Part shown: positions 1 to 10,293 of the stretch, piece after piece
Position numbering within the stretch: the first letter of the stretch is position 1
Layout of the letters: every line of letters starts with the position of its first letter
Assembly: GCA_963837925.1 (NCBI GenBank)
Contig: CAWIPK010000006.1
Location: forward strand, 107,962 to 171,961
DNA: 64,000 bases
DNA from: an uncultured Chloroflexia bacterium
GTDB lineage: Bacteria; Chloroflexota; Anaerolineae; CG2-30-64-16
Direction of reading: 5' to 3'
Made by a program: the position numbers and the translations under genes
Notes under the pieces: generated by a model
Told to the model about the DNA's origin: nothing
What the model saw: only the letters and a program-made list of their open reading frames with translations
Databases searched by the model: none

Positions 1-599
1 AAAGCAGCGGAGTCAAGCGGAGATGCAGGCGAGAAGTCCTCGGTCACGCCGTTGGGGATAGTCACCACCCGTTCGGGTGGGATCCCACAGAGCGCGATCA
101 CGTCCCTACGCGTGCTTTCCGAGACGGCGATCACGCGGGCCGCGCGCCCGACAGAAGCGCGCGTGACCCACGAAAGATACCAGCGATTAAGAGGCCGGAA
201 TGCCGCAGGAAATCTCAGAAAGCTCAGATCGTGAACGGTAACTATCGTCGGACAAGCTGCCACTACCGGCGCGGCGAAGGCCAGGCCGTGCAGGAGCTCG
301 AGCTCGCGTGTGAGCGCGGCCAGGCGTGTCTGCTCCCACAGAATGCGCCGCCACGGACGCCTGGTATTCCAGCGTGAACGGCAGACGTCGAGCCAGGGGG
401 TATCCGCGGAGACGTGGAACTCGGGCTCGTAGAGATAGGCCGCATACTGGTAGCGAGCGTCCGCCGCAGGCAGGTGCCGCAAGAGCTGATAGATGTAACC
501 GTTGATGCCTGCACCGCGATATGTCTCGGTTAGCGAGAGCAGGTGTGCGTTCAGCCCGATGCGGCGACGGGCCTCGGGACCATTTGACACACGCGGCAT
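1..599 (-). CDS. Glycosyltransferase family 4 (N-terminal part; gene runs off the window 5' edge). Not in the ORF track because it has no stop inside the window.
   Basis: Manual minus-strand translation from the ATG at 599-597 gives MPRVSNGPEARRRIGLNAHLLSLTETYRGAGINGYIYQLLRHLPAADARYQYAAYLYEPEF..., a typical GT4 N-terminal domain. It is open to position 1. Confidence 0.6.
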   Translation of the reverse strand, partial: MPRVSNGPEARRRIGLNAHLLSLTETYRGAGINGYIYQLLRHLPAADARYQYAAYLYEPEFHVSADTPWLDVCRSRWNTRRPWRRILWEQTRLAALTRELELLHGLAFAAPVVAACPTIVTVHDLSFLRFPAAFRPLNRWYLSWVTRASVGRAARVIAVSESTRRDVIALCGIPPERVVTIPNGVTEDFSPASPLDSAA

Positions 600-627
600 T
601 ATAGCACGCCCAAGGCACGGATCACAA

Positions 628-1749
628 TCAACACGCGCCGCTCAACATTTGCTGATAGATGTCATAGGTGGCGGCCGCCACCTGTCTCTGGGTGAAACGC
701 TGCAAGACGCGCTGCCGCCCTCGGCGGGCCAAATCCGCCCGCCGGCTGACGTCGCCCGCCAGTTCGGTGATCGCATGGCACAAGGCCTCGACGTCACCCT
801 CCGGAAACAGGAGGCCGGCTTCGCCGATCACCTGCGGGATCTCGCCACTGCTGGAGCCGATCACCGCGACGCCGCTGGCCATGGCCTCAACCAGAACTCT
901 TCCAAACTGTTCGATCCAGTTCGGCCGGCTGACGGAGGGCAGGACCAACAGGTCGAAGCGGCGGTAGTAGTCCGGCGCTTCCGTCGAAGGGACCCGGCCC
1001 CAGAAACGTACCCGCCCGCCCAGGCCTAACTCCCGACCCAACGCCTCCAGGCGTCGACGCTCCGGGCCGTCGCCGAGTATCTCCAGCGCCCAACCTGCGA
1101 ACTGCAGACGGGCGCAGGCCCGCAAGAGGAGATCGACGCCCTTTTCAGGGATCAGAGCACCCGCATAACCGATAGTCAGCTCCGCCCCTACCTCCCGCCG
1201 CACGGCTGCCTGGCCCGGCCGGAAGATCTCCGGGTCCACCCCGAACTGAGGCACTACCGAAATGGGGCCGACAAAGCCCTTGGCACGCAGGACTTGCGAA
1301 GCTGCCTGGTTTCCGGCAATGGCGTGAAACGCCAGCATGTAGCTGGCACGCTCGAAGTAGCTGAACGGCAGCGGATAACGCCGCGGCAGGTTCTGCCAGG
1401 TGAAAAACAAGCCGCGCGCCCCGCAGGCACGTCCGAGCCGCAACGCCTGCCAGGTCGCGAGGTTGTACGGCTCCTCATCGACGTGCAAGACCTCGGGACG
1501 CAAGCTGCGCAACATCCGCCCGAGCGTCGGATACCAGTGCAAGTGGTACTGGCCGTTGAAGGCCAACGGCGCCACCAGCAGCCGGTAACCGCGGGTAAAG
1601 GCCCGTTCCAGTCGCGTCTCGCCGCGCCGGTCACGCCAGGAGGCCGGCACGATCAGCGTCAGGTCGACCCCCGGCAAGCAGGCAAGCTCCTCCAGCTTAC
1701 GCTGATAGGCACCGGCCACCAGCGCTTTCGAGAGCATCACGATGCGCAC
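628..1749 (-). CDS. Glycosyltransferase family 4 (GT4/GT1 fold)
   Basis: 373-aa ORF. The C-terminal half carries the GT4 signature (EKGVDLLL..., FDLLVLPS, E(x7)E-like EAMASGVAVIGS). Confidence 0.75.
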   Translation of the reverse strand: MRIVMLSKALVAGAYQRKLEELACLPGVDLTLIVPASWRDRRGETRLERAFTRGYRLLVAPLAFNGQYHLHWYPTLGRMLRSLRPEVLHVDEEPYNLATWQALRLGRACGARGLFFTWQNLPRRYPLPFSYFERASYMLAFHAIAGNQAASQVLRAKGFVGPISVVPQFGVDPEIFRPGQAAVRREVGAELTIGYAGALIPEKGVDLLLRACARLQFAGWALEILGDGPERRRLEALGRELGLGGRVRFWGRVPSTEAPDYYRRFDLLVLPSVSRPNWIEQFGRVLVEAMASGVAVIGSSSGEIPQVIGEAGLLFPEGDVEALCHAITELAGDVSRRADLARRGRQRVLQRFTQRQVAAATYDIYQQMLSGAC

Positions 1750-1962
1750 GTGGTGACGCTCCCCGCATGCCGGTCGGAGTAGCCCGCGACCAGCAAAGAT
1801 TGTTCTAAAACGGGCAATCTTGTAAGGAATGACAATAGCAAAAGCCTTGCATTTCGGCTGTCAGCCCTGTAGACTGGGGTCAATAAGTTCGCCGGCCCTT
1901 CGAGGGTTCCCTCCGCTACCGCATTCATCGTCTACCGGCAGTTTGCTGCCAGGAGGCCAGCG

Positions 1963-2232
1963 ATGGACCTGATCAGAGTTTCCGCTCACTCACGTTGCAC
2001 CCTGGTAGCCGGCGCCATTGCCGGCGTCGTACGCGAATCCCGACGTGCCGAGGTTCAGGCAATCGGCCCCAGCGCCGTGAATCAAGCCATTAAGGCGGTC
2101 GCGATCGCGCGCAATTACCTGATCGCCGACGACCTGCACATTTTCTGCGTCCCCGAATTCGTGAACATCGACATCAAGGGCCGGGAACGGACGGCCATGA
2201 AGCTAGTCATCGAGTGCCTGCCACCGGGGTGA
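1963..2232 (+). CDS. spoVS: SpoVS family protein (stage V sporulation protein S homologue)
   Basis: 89 aa, MDLIRVSAHS...VAGAIAGVVRE...AIGPSAVNQAIKAVAIARNYL is colinear with Bacillus SpoVS. AGGAGG ribosome-binding site 6 nt upstream. Confidence 0.8.
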   Translation: MDLIRVSAHSRCTLVAGAIAGVVRESRRAEVQAIGPSAVNQAIKAVAIARNYLIADDLHIFCVPEFVNIDIKGRERTAMKLVIECLPPG

Positions 2233-2291
2233 GCGCGCCAAACGCGCGCCGCAGCCGCCCGCCCGCCGATCGGCGGCGAGAACGCGGCGCG

Positions 2292-3359
2292 CTACTTGCT
2301 TTTGCGGCGTGAGCGACGAAGGCGCCGTTGACCGCCGGGCTCACCTGCACGCGCACCTCTGCCCTCGGCCCTTGGCTCTTCGTCGCGATCCGCCTCTCGG
2401 TCTGGCTCGACCAGCGATCTCAGCGCCATCACCTCAGCCGGCTCCTGAACCAACTCATCTCCCAGGTCCTCGTCGTCGCCAATGGACTCCGCACCATGAT
2501 CAGCGGCTCTGCCCGGGCAGTTCTCACAGGGCACTCCCTGCTGACCAGGCAGCGCGTTGGCATCGGGCACGGGCACTTCGATGAACATCTTGGTTTCGTT
2601 CGGACCCTGCACGAGAACGGTCACACTGTTGCGCAGCACGTGAACCTGCCGCACTTTGCCAGGCCCCTCAGGCGTCATCATCGTGCTATTAATGCGCGGC
2701 ATCTGCCGTCGAGCCTCGGCGTAATACTCGTCCTCGTAACTGAGACAGCACAGCAAGCGGCCACAGGCGCCGGAGATCTCGGCCGGGTTGAGCGGAAGAT
2801 CCTGCTGTTTAGCCATCTTTATCGACACAGGGGTAAACTCGCGCAACCAGCTCGCACAGCACAAGCCCAGGCCGCAGCGACCGCACCCGCCAAGGTTCTT
2901 TGCCTCATCGCGCACGCCTATCTGCCGCATTTCGACGCGCGTGCGCAGCACCTGTGCCAGGTCGTGGACCAGGGTGCGGAAGTCGACCCGCTGCTCGGCC
3001 GTAAAGTAGACCAACAGGCTGCTGCAGTCGAAGTTGTATTCGACGTTGACCACCTTCATTGGCAAGCCGAGCGCAGTCGAGCGTTCTCGGCAGATCTGCA
3101 AGCTCTCCGCCTCGCGGTGCTCGGCCTGATCTTGTTGGACCAGGTCCCAGGCGCTCGCCCGCCTCACGACGGGCTTCAAGGCTGCAGTGATCTCGGACTC
3201 CGTCACCTCTCGGGCCGCCAGCTTCACCGTGCCGAGCGTGCGGCCGCGTGAGGTCTCCACCACCACTCGGTCGCCTACCTGCAAGTCCGGCACGCCGTCC
3301 GGGTCGAAGTAATAGATCTTGGTCACGGGCTTAAAAGTCACACCCACTACCCAAGGCAT
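2292..3359 (-). CDS. ricT: PSP1 domain protein, YaaT/RicT family (stage 0 sporulation-like regulatory protein), with a charged C-terminal tail
   Basis: N-terminus MPWVVGVTFKPVTKIYYFDPDG...VVETSRG matches YaaT. It has the Cys-rich GGCGRCGLGLCC / CGRLLCC Fe-S motif of RicT. Confidence 0.8.
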   Translation of the reverse strand: MPWVVGVTFKPVTKIYYFDPDGVPDLQVGDRVVVETSRGRTLGTVKLAAREVTESEITAALKPVVRRASAWDLVQQDQAEHREAESLQICRERSTALGLPMKVVNVEYNFDCSSLLVYFTAEQRVDFRTLVHDLAQVLRTRVEMRQIGVRDEAKNLGGCGRCGLGLCCASWLREFTPVSIKMAKQQDLPLNPAEISGACGRLLCCLSYEDEYYAEARRQMPRINSTMMTPEGPGKVRQVHVLRNSVTVLVQGPNETKMFIEVPVPDANALPGQQGVPCENCPGRAADHGAESIGDDEDLGDELVQEPAEVMALRSLVEPDREADRDEEPRAEGRGARAGEPGGQRRLRRSRRKSK

Positions 3360-3479
3360 AGTCGCTCCTTATTGCCACAGAGCCGGGCGGCCCTGCTTGC
3401 ACCCTTTATAGGACATCGCCTATAGGACATCGCCAGATGCGCGGCCGGGCTTGACAGACGGCCGCGTTCCGAGCACACG

Positions 3480-4460
3480 TTATGTCGTGGCCGGCAATCT
3501 CAACGCCAAAACGTCCAGCGCCAACCGGGCGTTGACGTTCGACCTTAGCCGGCGCGCGGTGTGCAGCACATCCTGCAGCGCGCCCTCCACCTGCCGCGAG
3601 CTGTACCGCTCAGCCTGTTCGGCCAACTGGTCACGCCGATCGAGATTGACGATCGCGCCGGGCGCACCGTGCTGAATCAGCAAAATGTCTCGCCACCAGG
3701 TGGCCCAGAGGCCCAGGGTCTGCTCGAGCGTTTCCGGCTGGCGGCTGATCTGCTCGCTTAAGCCGAGACGCGCCATGCGCCCCTCACCGGTCACTGCCTG
3801 TAGTTCGTCCAGTCGCCGGGCCCGTTCATCCCAGAGCTCGTGCTGAGTGTGGGCACTCACCGCCCACCCCAGCCGTCCGGCGCTCAACCGGGCCAGCAGT
3901 TCGGCCCGTTGCGGCTGCACGTTCCAACGCTGCACCAGCGCTGCCTGGACTTGCTCGAGCGGCAATGGGCGCAAGCCAACCACCTGGCAGCGCGACAGAA
4001 TGGTCGGTAGGACCTGATCGCGCCGGACACAGGTCAGCAACAGCATCACGTGAGGGGATGGTTCTTCCAGGGTCTTGAGCAGCGCATTAGCCGCGGCTGG
4101 GGTAGCGCGTTCGATCTCGCGGATGATGAAGATCTTGCGCCGGCCTTCGAGCGGTGACAGCGCAGCATCGGCTTGCAGGCCACGCACTTGCTCGATCTGG
4201 ATCGTGTTCTTCTCAGCCATCACGAACTGCAGGTCGGGATAGCGAGCCGCGGCCAGCCGCTGGCAAGTTCGGCACACGCCGCACGGGACCCCTTCAGCTG
4301 CCTCGCACAAGAGGGCCTGCGCGAAGGCCCTGGCAAGCATCCTCTTGCCTACCTGGAGCGGGCCGGTAAACAAATAGGCGTGGCTAAGCCGGTCGCTGGC
4401 GATGGCGCGCTCCAGCAGATCCACTGCCCATTCGTGTCCTATTACCGGCCAATCGGCCAT
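3480..4460 (-). CDS. holB: DNA polymerase III delta-prime subunit
   Basis: AAA+ clamp-loader motifs: HAYLFTGPLQVGKRMLA, Cys4 zinc module CGVCRTCQR, and SRC motif (LSRCQ). holB-yaaT synteny as in Bacillus. Confidence 0.8.
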   Translation of the reverse strand: MADWPVIGHEWAVDLLERAIASDRLSHAYLFTGPLQVGKRMLARAFAQALLCEAAEGVPCGVCRTCQRLAAARYPDLQFVMAEKNTIQIEQVRGLQADAALSPLEGRRKIFIIREIERATPAAANALLKTLEEPSPHVMLLLTCVRRDQVLPTILSRCQVVGLRPLPLEQVQAALVQRWNVQPQRAELLARLSAGRLGWAVSAHTQHELWDERARRLDELQAVTGEGRMARLGLSEQISRQPETLEQTLGLWATWWRDILLIQHGAPGAIVNLDRRDQLAEQAERYSSRQVEGALQDVLHTARRLRSNVNARLALDVLALRLPATT

Positions 4461-4561
4461 CAGGCTCCCTTGAAAGCAGGATTATGGAGCTATTGTAACA
4501 TGGCATCCCATTTTGTGCCAACGATTGACGGAAGTAGCGCGGACATGCTATCATCGGAACG

Positions 4562-5989
4562 ATGCAAAACGCGAAGGCAACGTCCGCCAGGCGTACTGGC
4601 CGCACCAAGGTCGATTTGCTGATCGACAACTGCGGGCAAGTGGTGACATTGGCCGGTGACGCGGGCCCCCGCCGGGGCGCGGCGATGCGCGAGCTGGGCT
4701 CGATCGAGAACGGGGCGGTGGCGGTGGCAGGCGGCCGCGTGGTCGAAACAGGGCCGGCCCGCGACTTGCGAGCGCGTTACCAGGCCCGCACTCGCCTCGA
4801 CGCGGGCGGGCGGGCGGTTGTACCGGGTTTTGTCGATCCACACACCCATCTCCCCTGGGCCGGGGACCGCGCAGCCGAGTTCGAGATGCGCATCCGCGGC
4901 GCGACCTATATGCAGATCATGGCCGCCGGAGGCGGCATCCTGCGAACGGTGGCCGATACGCGCGCGGCGACCCTCGGCCAACTGACAAGCGAGATGCGTC
5001 CCCGGCTTGCGCGCATGCTGGCTCACGGCACGACGACTGCCGAAGCAAAGACGGGTTACGGGCTTAACCTGGCCGATGAGCTCAAGCAGTTGGAGGCGAT
5101 CGCGGCGCTGCAGACAGCGGGGCTGCAGACAGCGGGGCTGCAGACAGCGGGGCTGCAGACAGCCCGAGAGGAGGAGCGAGCGGACGCGGTCGCCGGAATG
5201 AAGCAGCCAATCGATCTGGTGCCGACCTTCCTGGGCGCCCACGCCGTGCCGCCCGAATACACGGCGCGGCCGGACGAATATGTCGACCTGATCGTGGAGG
5301 CCATGCTGCCTGCGGTGCAAGGCAGGTGGCAAGAAATGCGCTCCGGCTTTCCATCAGGCTGGCCGCTCTTTTGCGATGTCTTCTGCGAAGCCGGCGCCTT
5401 CGATGTGCAGCAATCCAGGCGGATCCTGAGCGCTGCCCAGGCGCTCGGCCTCGGCCTGAAGCTCCACGTGGACGAGTTCGCCCCGCTCGGCGGGACGCCC
5501 CTGGCGGTCGAGATGGGCGCCGTATCAGCCGATCACCTGGTCACCACCCCCGCCGACCACCTGGCCATGCTCGCAGCGTCCACGACCATCGCCGTGGCGC
5601 TGCCGGGCACGCCCTTTGGCCTGGCCCAGCGTGATTACCCAGCCGGGCGGGCGCTGATTGACCAGGGCGGGGCCCTGGCCCTGGCCACGGATATGAACCC
5701 CGGCACGTGTTGGTGCGAAAGCCTGCAGTTCGTGATCGCCCTTGCCTGTCGCTATATGCGGCTGCTGCCAAGCGAAGCGCTGGTCGCGGCCACGCTCAAC
5801 GCCGCCTATGCGATCGGACTGGGGGCACAAGTGGGGAGTCTGGAGCCGGGCAAGCTCGCCGACCTGGTGATCCTGGACGCAACCGATTACCGGATGCTCG
5901 GCTATCGGTTCGGGACAAACCTGGCCCGAGCGGTCATTAAGCGCGGTCAATTGGTCGCCGGTCCGAACGTCAGAAAAACGGAGTGGTGA
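4562..5989 (+). CDS. hutI: Imidazolonepropionase (amidohydrolase). Contains an in-frame QTAGL x3.5 tandem repeat insertion.
   Basis: HutI-like N-terminus DLLIDNCGQVVT, metal ligands (PGFVDPHTHL, KLHVDE, ATDMNPG). No hutH or hutU adjacent. Confidence 0.75.
   Translation: MQNAKATSARRTGRTKVDLLIDNCGQVVTLAGDAGPRRGAAMRELGSIENGAVAVAGGRVVETGPARDLRARYQARTRLDAGGRAVVPGFVDPHTHLPWAGDRAAEFEMRIRGATYMQIMAAGGGILRTVADTRAATLGQLTSEMRPRLARMLAHGTTTAEAKTGYGLNLADELKQLEAIAALQTAGLQTAGLQTAGLQTAREEERADAVAGMKQPIDLVPTFLGAHAVPPEYTARPDEYVDLIVEAMLPAVQGRWQEMRSGFPSGWPLFCDVFCEAGAFDVQQSRRILSAAQALGLGLKLHVDEFAPLGGTPLAVEMGAVSADHLVTTPADHLAMLAASTTIAVALPGTPFGLAQRDYPAGRALIDQGGALALATDMNPGTCWCESLQFVIALACRYMRLLPSEALVAATLNAAYAIGLGAQVGSLEPGKLADLVILDATDYRMLGYRFGTNLARAVIKRGQLVAGPNVRKTEW
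5108..5164 (+). repeat. 15-bp in-frame microsatellite (ctgcagacagcgggg x3.8) inside hutI, encoding QTAGLQTAGLQTAGLQTA
   Basis: Perfect tandem copies at 5108, 5123, 5138 and a partial copy at 5153. Canonical HutI has a much shorter segment between the flanking motifs. Confidence 0.9.
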
Positions 5990-6017
5990 CTTGCAACGGC
6001 ATCTCGGATAGGGTAGA

Positions 6018-7523
6018 ATGTGCCTTATGTATAGGAACTACATCGGGGGCGAGTGGGTCAGTTCCCTTTCCGGCGAGACGTTTCCCTCACATAACCCGGC
6101 CAACGGTGAGTTGATCGGCGAGGCGCCAAAGTGCGGGCCGCAAGACGCGGCCAGGGCCGTGGAGGGGGCAGTCAAAGCCTTCGATCGTTGGTGGCGCGTG
6201 CCCGCTCCCAAGCGCGGGGACATCCTGTTCCAGGTTGGTCAGAAGCTGGCGGTCGAAAAAGAGCGATTGGCTCAGCTCATGACGCGGGAGATGGGCAAAG
6301 TGCTTCCCGAAGCACGCGGCGACGTGCAGGAAGCGATCGACATGGCCTTCTACATGGCCGGCGAGGGGCGGCGCCTGTTTGGCTACACGTCCCCAGTCGA
6401 GCTGCCGGACAAGTTCGGCATGGCCGTGCGTGATCCGGTGGGCGTGGTCGCAGCCATCACACCCTGGAACTTCCCGATCGCGATCCCCGGCTGGAAGATA
6501 CTCCCCGCCCTGATCGCGGGCAACGCGGTCGTGTTTAAGCCCGCGTCCGATACGGCCATCCTCGGGATCGAGCTCGTGCGTCTGTTTGAGGAAGCGGGGT
6601 TGCCGGCCGGAGTGCTCAGCGTCATCACGGGACCGGGCGATTCCGTAGGCGAGGCGCTGATCAGCCATCCCGCCGTCAAGGTTGTCACCTTCACCGGCTC
6701 AACCGAAGCCGGCCGGCGCGTGTCGGCGCTCGCCGCACCGGGCTTGAAGAAGGTCAGCCTGGAGTTAGGCGGCAAGAATGCGATCACCGTGCTGGACGAT
6801 GCGGATCTGGAGTTGGCCTTGGATGGCATCATCTGGTCCGCCTTCGGCACCTCCGGGCAGCGCTGCACCGCGTGTTCACGCCTGATCGTGCAGCGTGGCA
6901 TTCATCAGAAGCTGGTGGAGCGGTTGGCCGAGCGCACCGAGGCGCTGCGCCTGGGCGATGGTCTGCTGGAATCGACCGACGTTGGGCCGATCATCAATCG
7001 GCGCTCGCTCGAACGGATCGACCAGTATGTGCAGATCGGTTGCGCCGAAGGCGCCGTGCTGCGCAGCGGCGGCCGCATTGCGGCGGAAGGCGCGCTGGCC
7101 GGCGGCAACTTCTACGTGCCGACGCTTCTCGACCAGGTCAAACCGGGCATGCGGGTGGCCCAAGAGGAAATCTTTGGGCCGGTGCTCAGCATTATCGAGG
7201 TGGCGGACCTGGACGAGGCGATCGCGGTTAATAACGCCACCGAGTACGGCCTTTCGAGCTCGATCTACACACGCGACGTGAACGCGGCCTTCGCAGCCAT
7301 GCGCGAACTGACGACGGGGATTGTCTACATCAACGCCGGCACAATCGGCGCGGAGATCCACTTTCCCTTCGGCGGCACCCGAGGGACGGGAAATGGCCAT
7401 CGAGAGGCCGGACAGGCGGCGATCGACACGTTCACTGAGTGGAAATCCGTTTACGTGGACTTCAGCGGCCGCTTGCAGCGGGCGCAGATCGACACTGATA
7501 GCATTTTCAGGGAGCTGCAGTAA
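6018..7523 (+). CDS. NAD(P)-dependent aldehyde dehydrogenase
   Basis: ALDH motifs: FTGSTEAG, catalytic ELGGKNA, and Cys in GQRCTA. 501 aa. The true start may be the ATG at 6027 (MYRNYIGGEWV). Confidence 0.85.
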   Translation: MCLMYRNYIGGEWVSSLSGETFPSHNPANGELIGEAPKCGPQDAARAVEGAVKAFDRWWRVPAPKRGDILFQVGQKLAVEKERLAQLMTREMGKVLPEARGDVQEAIDMAFYMAGEGRRLFGYTSPVELPDKFGMAVRDPVGVVAAITPWNFPIAIPGWKILPALIAGNAVVFKPASDTAILGIELVRLFEEAGLPAGVLSVITGPGDSVGEALISHPAVKVVTFTGSTEAGRRVSALAAPGLKKVSLELGGKNAITVLDDADLELALDGIIWSAFGTSGQRCTACSRLIVQRGIHQKLVERLAERTEALRLGDGLLESTDVGPIINRRSLERIDQYVQIGCAEGAVLRSGGRIAAEGALAGGNFYVPTLLDQVKPGMRVAQEEIFGPVLSIIEVADLDEAIAVNNATEYGLSSSIYTRDVNAAFAAMRELTTGIVYINAGTIGAEIHFPFGGTRGTGNGHREAGQAAIDTFTEWKSVYVDFSGRLQRAQIDTDSIFRELQ

Positions 7524-7536
7524 GGAGACACGTACC

Positions 7537-7791
7537 ATGATCAAGATGGAGACCGAGATGGAGATGGAGACGTCTGTGACACCACCCATGGTGTCCAATA
7601 GGGACAAGACGATCTCCAAGCTTTGCCAGGTGACCGTCTCAAGCGACGAAGAGATATCGAAGGTGAACCAGTTACTGGCGGACGGCTGGCGCATGATGAG
7701 CGTCGGTTATCGTACAAATGCGACCGTCTACGTGTTGGCCAGGACCGAGGACAAGCCCAGACACCGGCCCGGTTTCCTGTCGGCTGATTGA
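7537..7791 (+). CDS. Small hypothetical protein, DUF4177-like
   Basis: AGGAG ribosome-binding site 8 nt upstream. The C-terminal [29 protein letters not shown] resembles the DUF4177 core. Sits between the aldehyde dehydrogenase and nuoB. Confidence 0.4.
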   Translation: MIKMETEMEMETSVTPPMVSNRDKTISKLCQVTVSSDEEISKVNQLLADGWRMMSVGYRTNATVYVLARTEDKPRHRPGFLSAD

Positions 7792-7823
7792 CGACGTCGA
7801 AGCGCTGGGCGAGGGAGAGTCTC

Positions 7824-8537
7824 ATGAGTGAAACACCGCCAACCGGCATCTCGGGGGAAGGAGTTCCGCAAGGAGCCACTCTGGGGATGCGAGCTTCCCC
7901 GGACCTCAAGGGGAACGTTTTCCTGACTTCTGTCGACAACATCTATAACTGGGGGCGAGCGCGCTCGATGTGGCCGATGATGTTTGGCCTGGCCTGCTGC
8001 GCGATCGAGATGATCGTAGTCGCATCGGCGCGCTTCGACCTGAGTCGCTTCGGCATGGAGATCATGCGTGCTTCGCCACGCCAGGCGGACTTGATGATTG
8101 TGTCCGGCACCGTCACCAAAAAGATGGTCCCCAACATCGTCCGGCTTCACAACCAGATGGCCGAGCCGAAGTACGTGCTGGCAATGGGCGCCTGCGCCAC
8201 CTCTGGCGGCCCATTCAAAGAGGGCTACAACGTGGTCTCGGGGATCGACAAATTCCTCCCGGTCGACGTATACGTCCCAGGCTGCCCACCCACGCCGGAG
8301 GCCTTGCTCTACGGTCTCACGAAGATGCACGAAAAGGTCTTCACGCAGTCCGTCCGCACGGCACCCTGGTATCGCAAAGACCAACTGAACGAACCGATCC
8401 CGCTTCCCATCCTGGGGCCCGACCTGTACGACGTTCGGGACTATGAGGCGCTCAGGATCGCGGCCGCCAAAGCGGCCGGAGGGCCGGGCGGTCAGGCGCA
8501 AGAGAGTCAGCCGGTCAATAATGGGGGAAGGCGATGA
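7824..8537 (+). CDS. nuoB: NADH-quinone oxidoreductase subunit B, with a ~60-aa C-terminal extension
   Basis: [32 protein letters not shown] (N2 cluster ligands). GGGAGAG ribosome-binding site before the ATG at 7824. The track start at 7788 is TTG. Confidence 0.85.
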   Translation: MSETPPTGISGEGVPQGATLGMRASPDLKGNVFLTSVDNIYNWGRARSMWPMMFGLACCAIEMIVVASARFDLSRFGMEIMRASPRQADLMIVSGTVTKKMVPNIVRLHNQMAEPKYVLAMGACATSGGPFKEGYNVVSGIDKFLPVDVYVPGCPPTPEALLYGLTKMHEKVFTQSVRTAPWYRKDQLNEPIPLPILGPDLYDVRDYEALRIAAAKAAGGPGGQAQESQPVNNGGRR

Positions 8538-10282
8538 CTGCTGCAGTTGAGCTGACAGGCGCGGCACCCACCAAAGAGGCGCTGCCATATGCTGACGTGC
8601 TGCCAGGCGCCGTGCAGGAGGTGACCGCAAACGGGCTCGTAGTCGCCCCCGGGCGGCTAGTCGAGCTGGCCACCTACCTGAAAACCCGCCAAGGCTACGA
8701 CTATCTCTCCATGGTCACCAGCGTCGACTGGCCAGACTACTTTGAGGTGGTTTACTACCTTTTCGGCGTGGCGAAACCGAAAGACGGCCTGGTGCTCAAA
8801 GTGCGCCTGACCGATAAGGCCAACCCCGAGCTGCCTTCGGTCGTCTCGGTCTGGCCCGGCGCCAATTTTCAGGAGCGCGAAGTCTACGACATGATGGGGA
8901 TCCGCTTCCGGGGCCACCCCAATCTACGCCGTATCCTGCTCTGGGAAGGCTTCAGAGGCTATCCCCTGCGCAAGGACTTTCGCGAAGCGTACTACGAGGA
9001 AGAGACGAAGCCGCTGAAGAGCCGCCACCCGGACGGCAAACACTTGTGGGCCGAGGACCGTGTACCGTGGCACGATAACGTCCAATATCCCGAAGCCTGG
9101 GATCCCGACATGTGGACGCAGCCGCAGGTCCAGTATCGGAAGATCATGGGCGTGGACGAGCCGATGGTTGGGGAAGGTATCCAGACGCAGCGCGTGTTGG
9201 TCAACATGGGGCCGCAGCACCCGAGCACCCACGGTGTCTTTCGGATGGTTGTCGCGCTGGAAGGTGAGACCATTGTCGGCCTGGAGCCGGAAATGGGCTA
9301 TCTGCATCGCTGCCACGAGAAGATCGGCGAGCGCAACACCTACCTGATGAACATCCCCTTCACGGATCGGCTGGACTACATCAGCTCCATGTCGAACAAC
9401 CTGGGCTATGTCCTGGCGGTCGAGAAGCTGATGGGCGCGGAGGTCCCTGAGCGCGCGGACTATATCCGGGTGATCATGGCCGAGTTCACCCGGATTGTCA
9501 GCCACCTCATCGCCATCGGCTTCCTCTTCAACGACCTGGGAGCCTACTTCACGCCGGCCCTCTATGGCCTGCGCGAGCGTGAGCTGATCCTTGACCTGTT
9601 CGAGGCCGCTTCGGGCTCGCGCATGATGTGCAACTACATGCGCTTCGGCGGGCTGGCAGCGGACCTGCCGGAGGGCTGGGTCGAGCGCGCGCGTGAGTTG
9701 GTCAACAACCGTATGCCGCGCGTGATCGAGGAGTTCGAGCAGCTTCTGAGCGGCAACGAGATCTTCCTGATGCGCACCAAGGGCATCGGCGTGCTCAGCG
9801 CGCAGCAAGCGATCGCCACCAGCATGGCCGGCCCGATGCTGCGCGCCTCCGGCGTGCCCTATGACGTGCGGCGCGTCCAACCATACTCGATCTACGATCG
9901 TTTCGACTTCGACGTAGTGACCCGTCCCGAGGGGGACGTCTGGGCAAGGTTCATGGTGCGCATGGAAGAAATGCGCCAGAGCTTGCGCATCCTCCGGCAG
10001 GCACTGGACGGTCTACCGGAAGGCCCGATCTTCCCAGGCAAGAAACAGTACCTGGTGCGCGTGCCGGCCGGCGAAGCCTATTCCCGCATCGAGGGGCCAA
10101 AGGGTGAGTTGGGGTTCTTTGTCGTCAGCGATGGCAAGCCCAACCCTTACCGCTACCACGTGCGCGCCCCAACCTTCATCAACCTGACCAGCCTCGAGCA
10201 GATGACCGTCGGCAGCAAGATCGCCGACTTGATTGTGGTGTTCGGCGCGGTTGACATCGTGCTCGGCGAAGTAGACCGCTAG
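8534..10282 (+). CDS. nuoCD: Fused NADH-quinone oxidoreductase subunit C/D
   Basis: 582 aa. N-terminal 30-kDa NuoC domain. NuoD region has [10 protein letters not shown] with no [NiFe]-hydrogenase Cys ligands, which indicates Complex I NuoD rather than a hydrogenase large subunit. Confidence 0.85.
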   Translation: MTAAVELTGAAPTKEALPYADVLPGAVQEVTANGLVVAPGRLVELATYLKTRQGYDYLSMVTSVDWPDYFEVVYYLFGVAKPKDGLVLKVRLTDKANPELPSVVSVWPGANFQEREVYDMMGIRFRGHPNLRRILLWEGFRGYPLRKDFREAYYEEETKPLKSRHPDGKHLWAEDRVPWHDNVQYPEAWDPDMWTQPQVQYRKIMGVDEPMVGEGIQTQRVLVNMGPQHPSTHGVFRMVVALEGETIVGLEPEMGYLHRCHEKIGERNTYLMNIPFTDRLDYISSMSNNLGYVLAVEKLMGAEVPERADYIRVIMAEFTRIVSHLIAIGFLFNDLGAYFTPALYGLRERELILDLFEAASGSRMMCNYMRFGGLAADLPEGWVERARELVNNRMPRVIEEFEQLLSGNEIFLMRTKGIGVLSAQQAIATSMAGPMLRASGVPYDVRRVQPYSIYDRFDFDVVTRPEGDVWARFMVRMEEMRQSLRILRQALDGLPEGPIFPGKKQYLVRVPAGEAYSRIEGPKGELGFFVVSDGKPNPYRYHVRAPTFINLTSLEQMTVGSKIADLIVVFGAVDIVLGEVDR

Positions 10283-10293
10283 AGGAGCAAATC

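Noticed and set aside
187-1029. Track ORFs 187-618(-), 263-514(-), 502-1029(+)
   Set aside because: The real gene is in the third minus frame (GT4 glycosyltransferase, open to the window edge). The listed ORFs are Arg/Pro-rich junk.
5100-5170. Possible CRISPR-like repeat
   Set aside because: The 15-bp units are directly tandem with no spacers and in-frame inside hutI. This is a microsatellite, not a CRISPR array.
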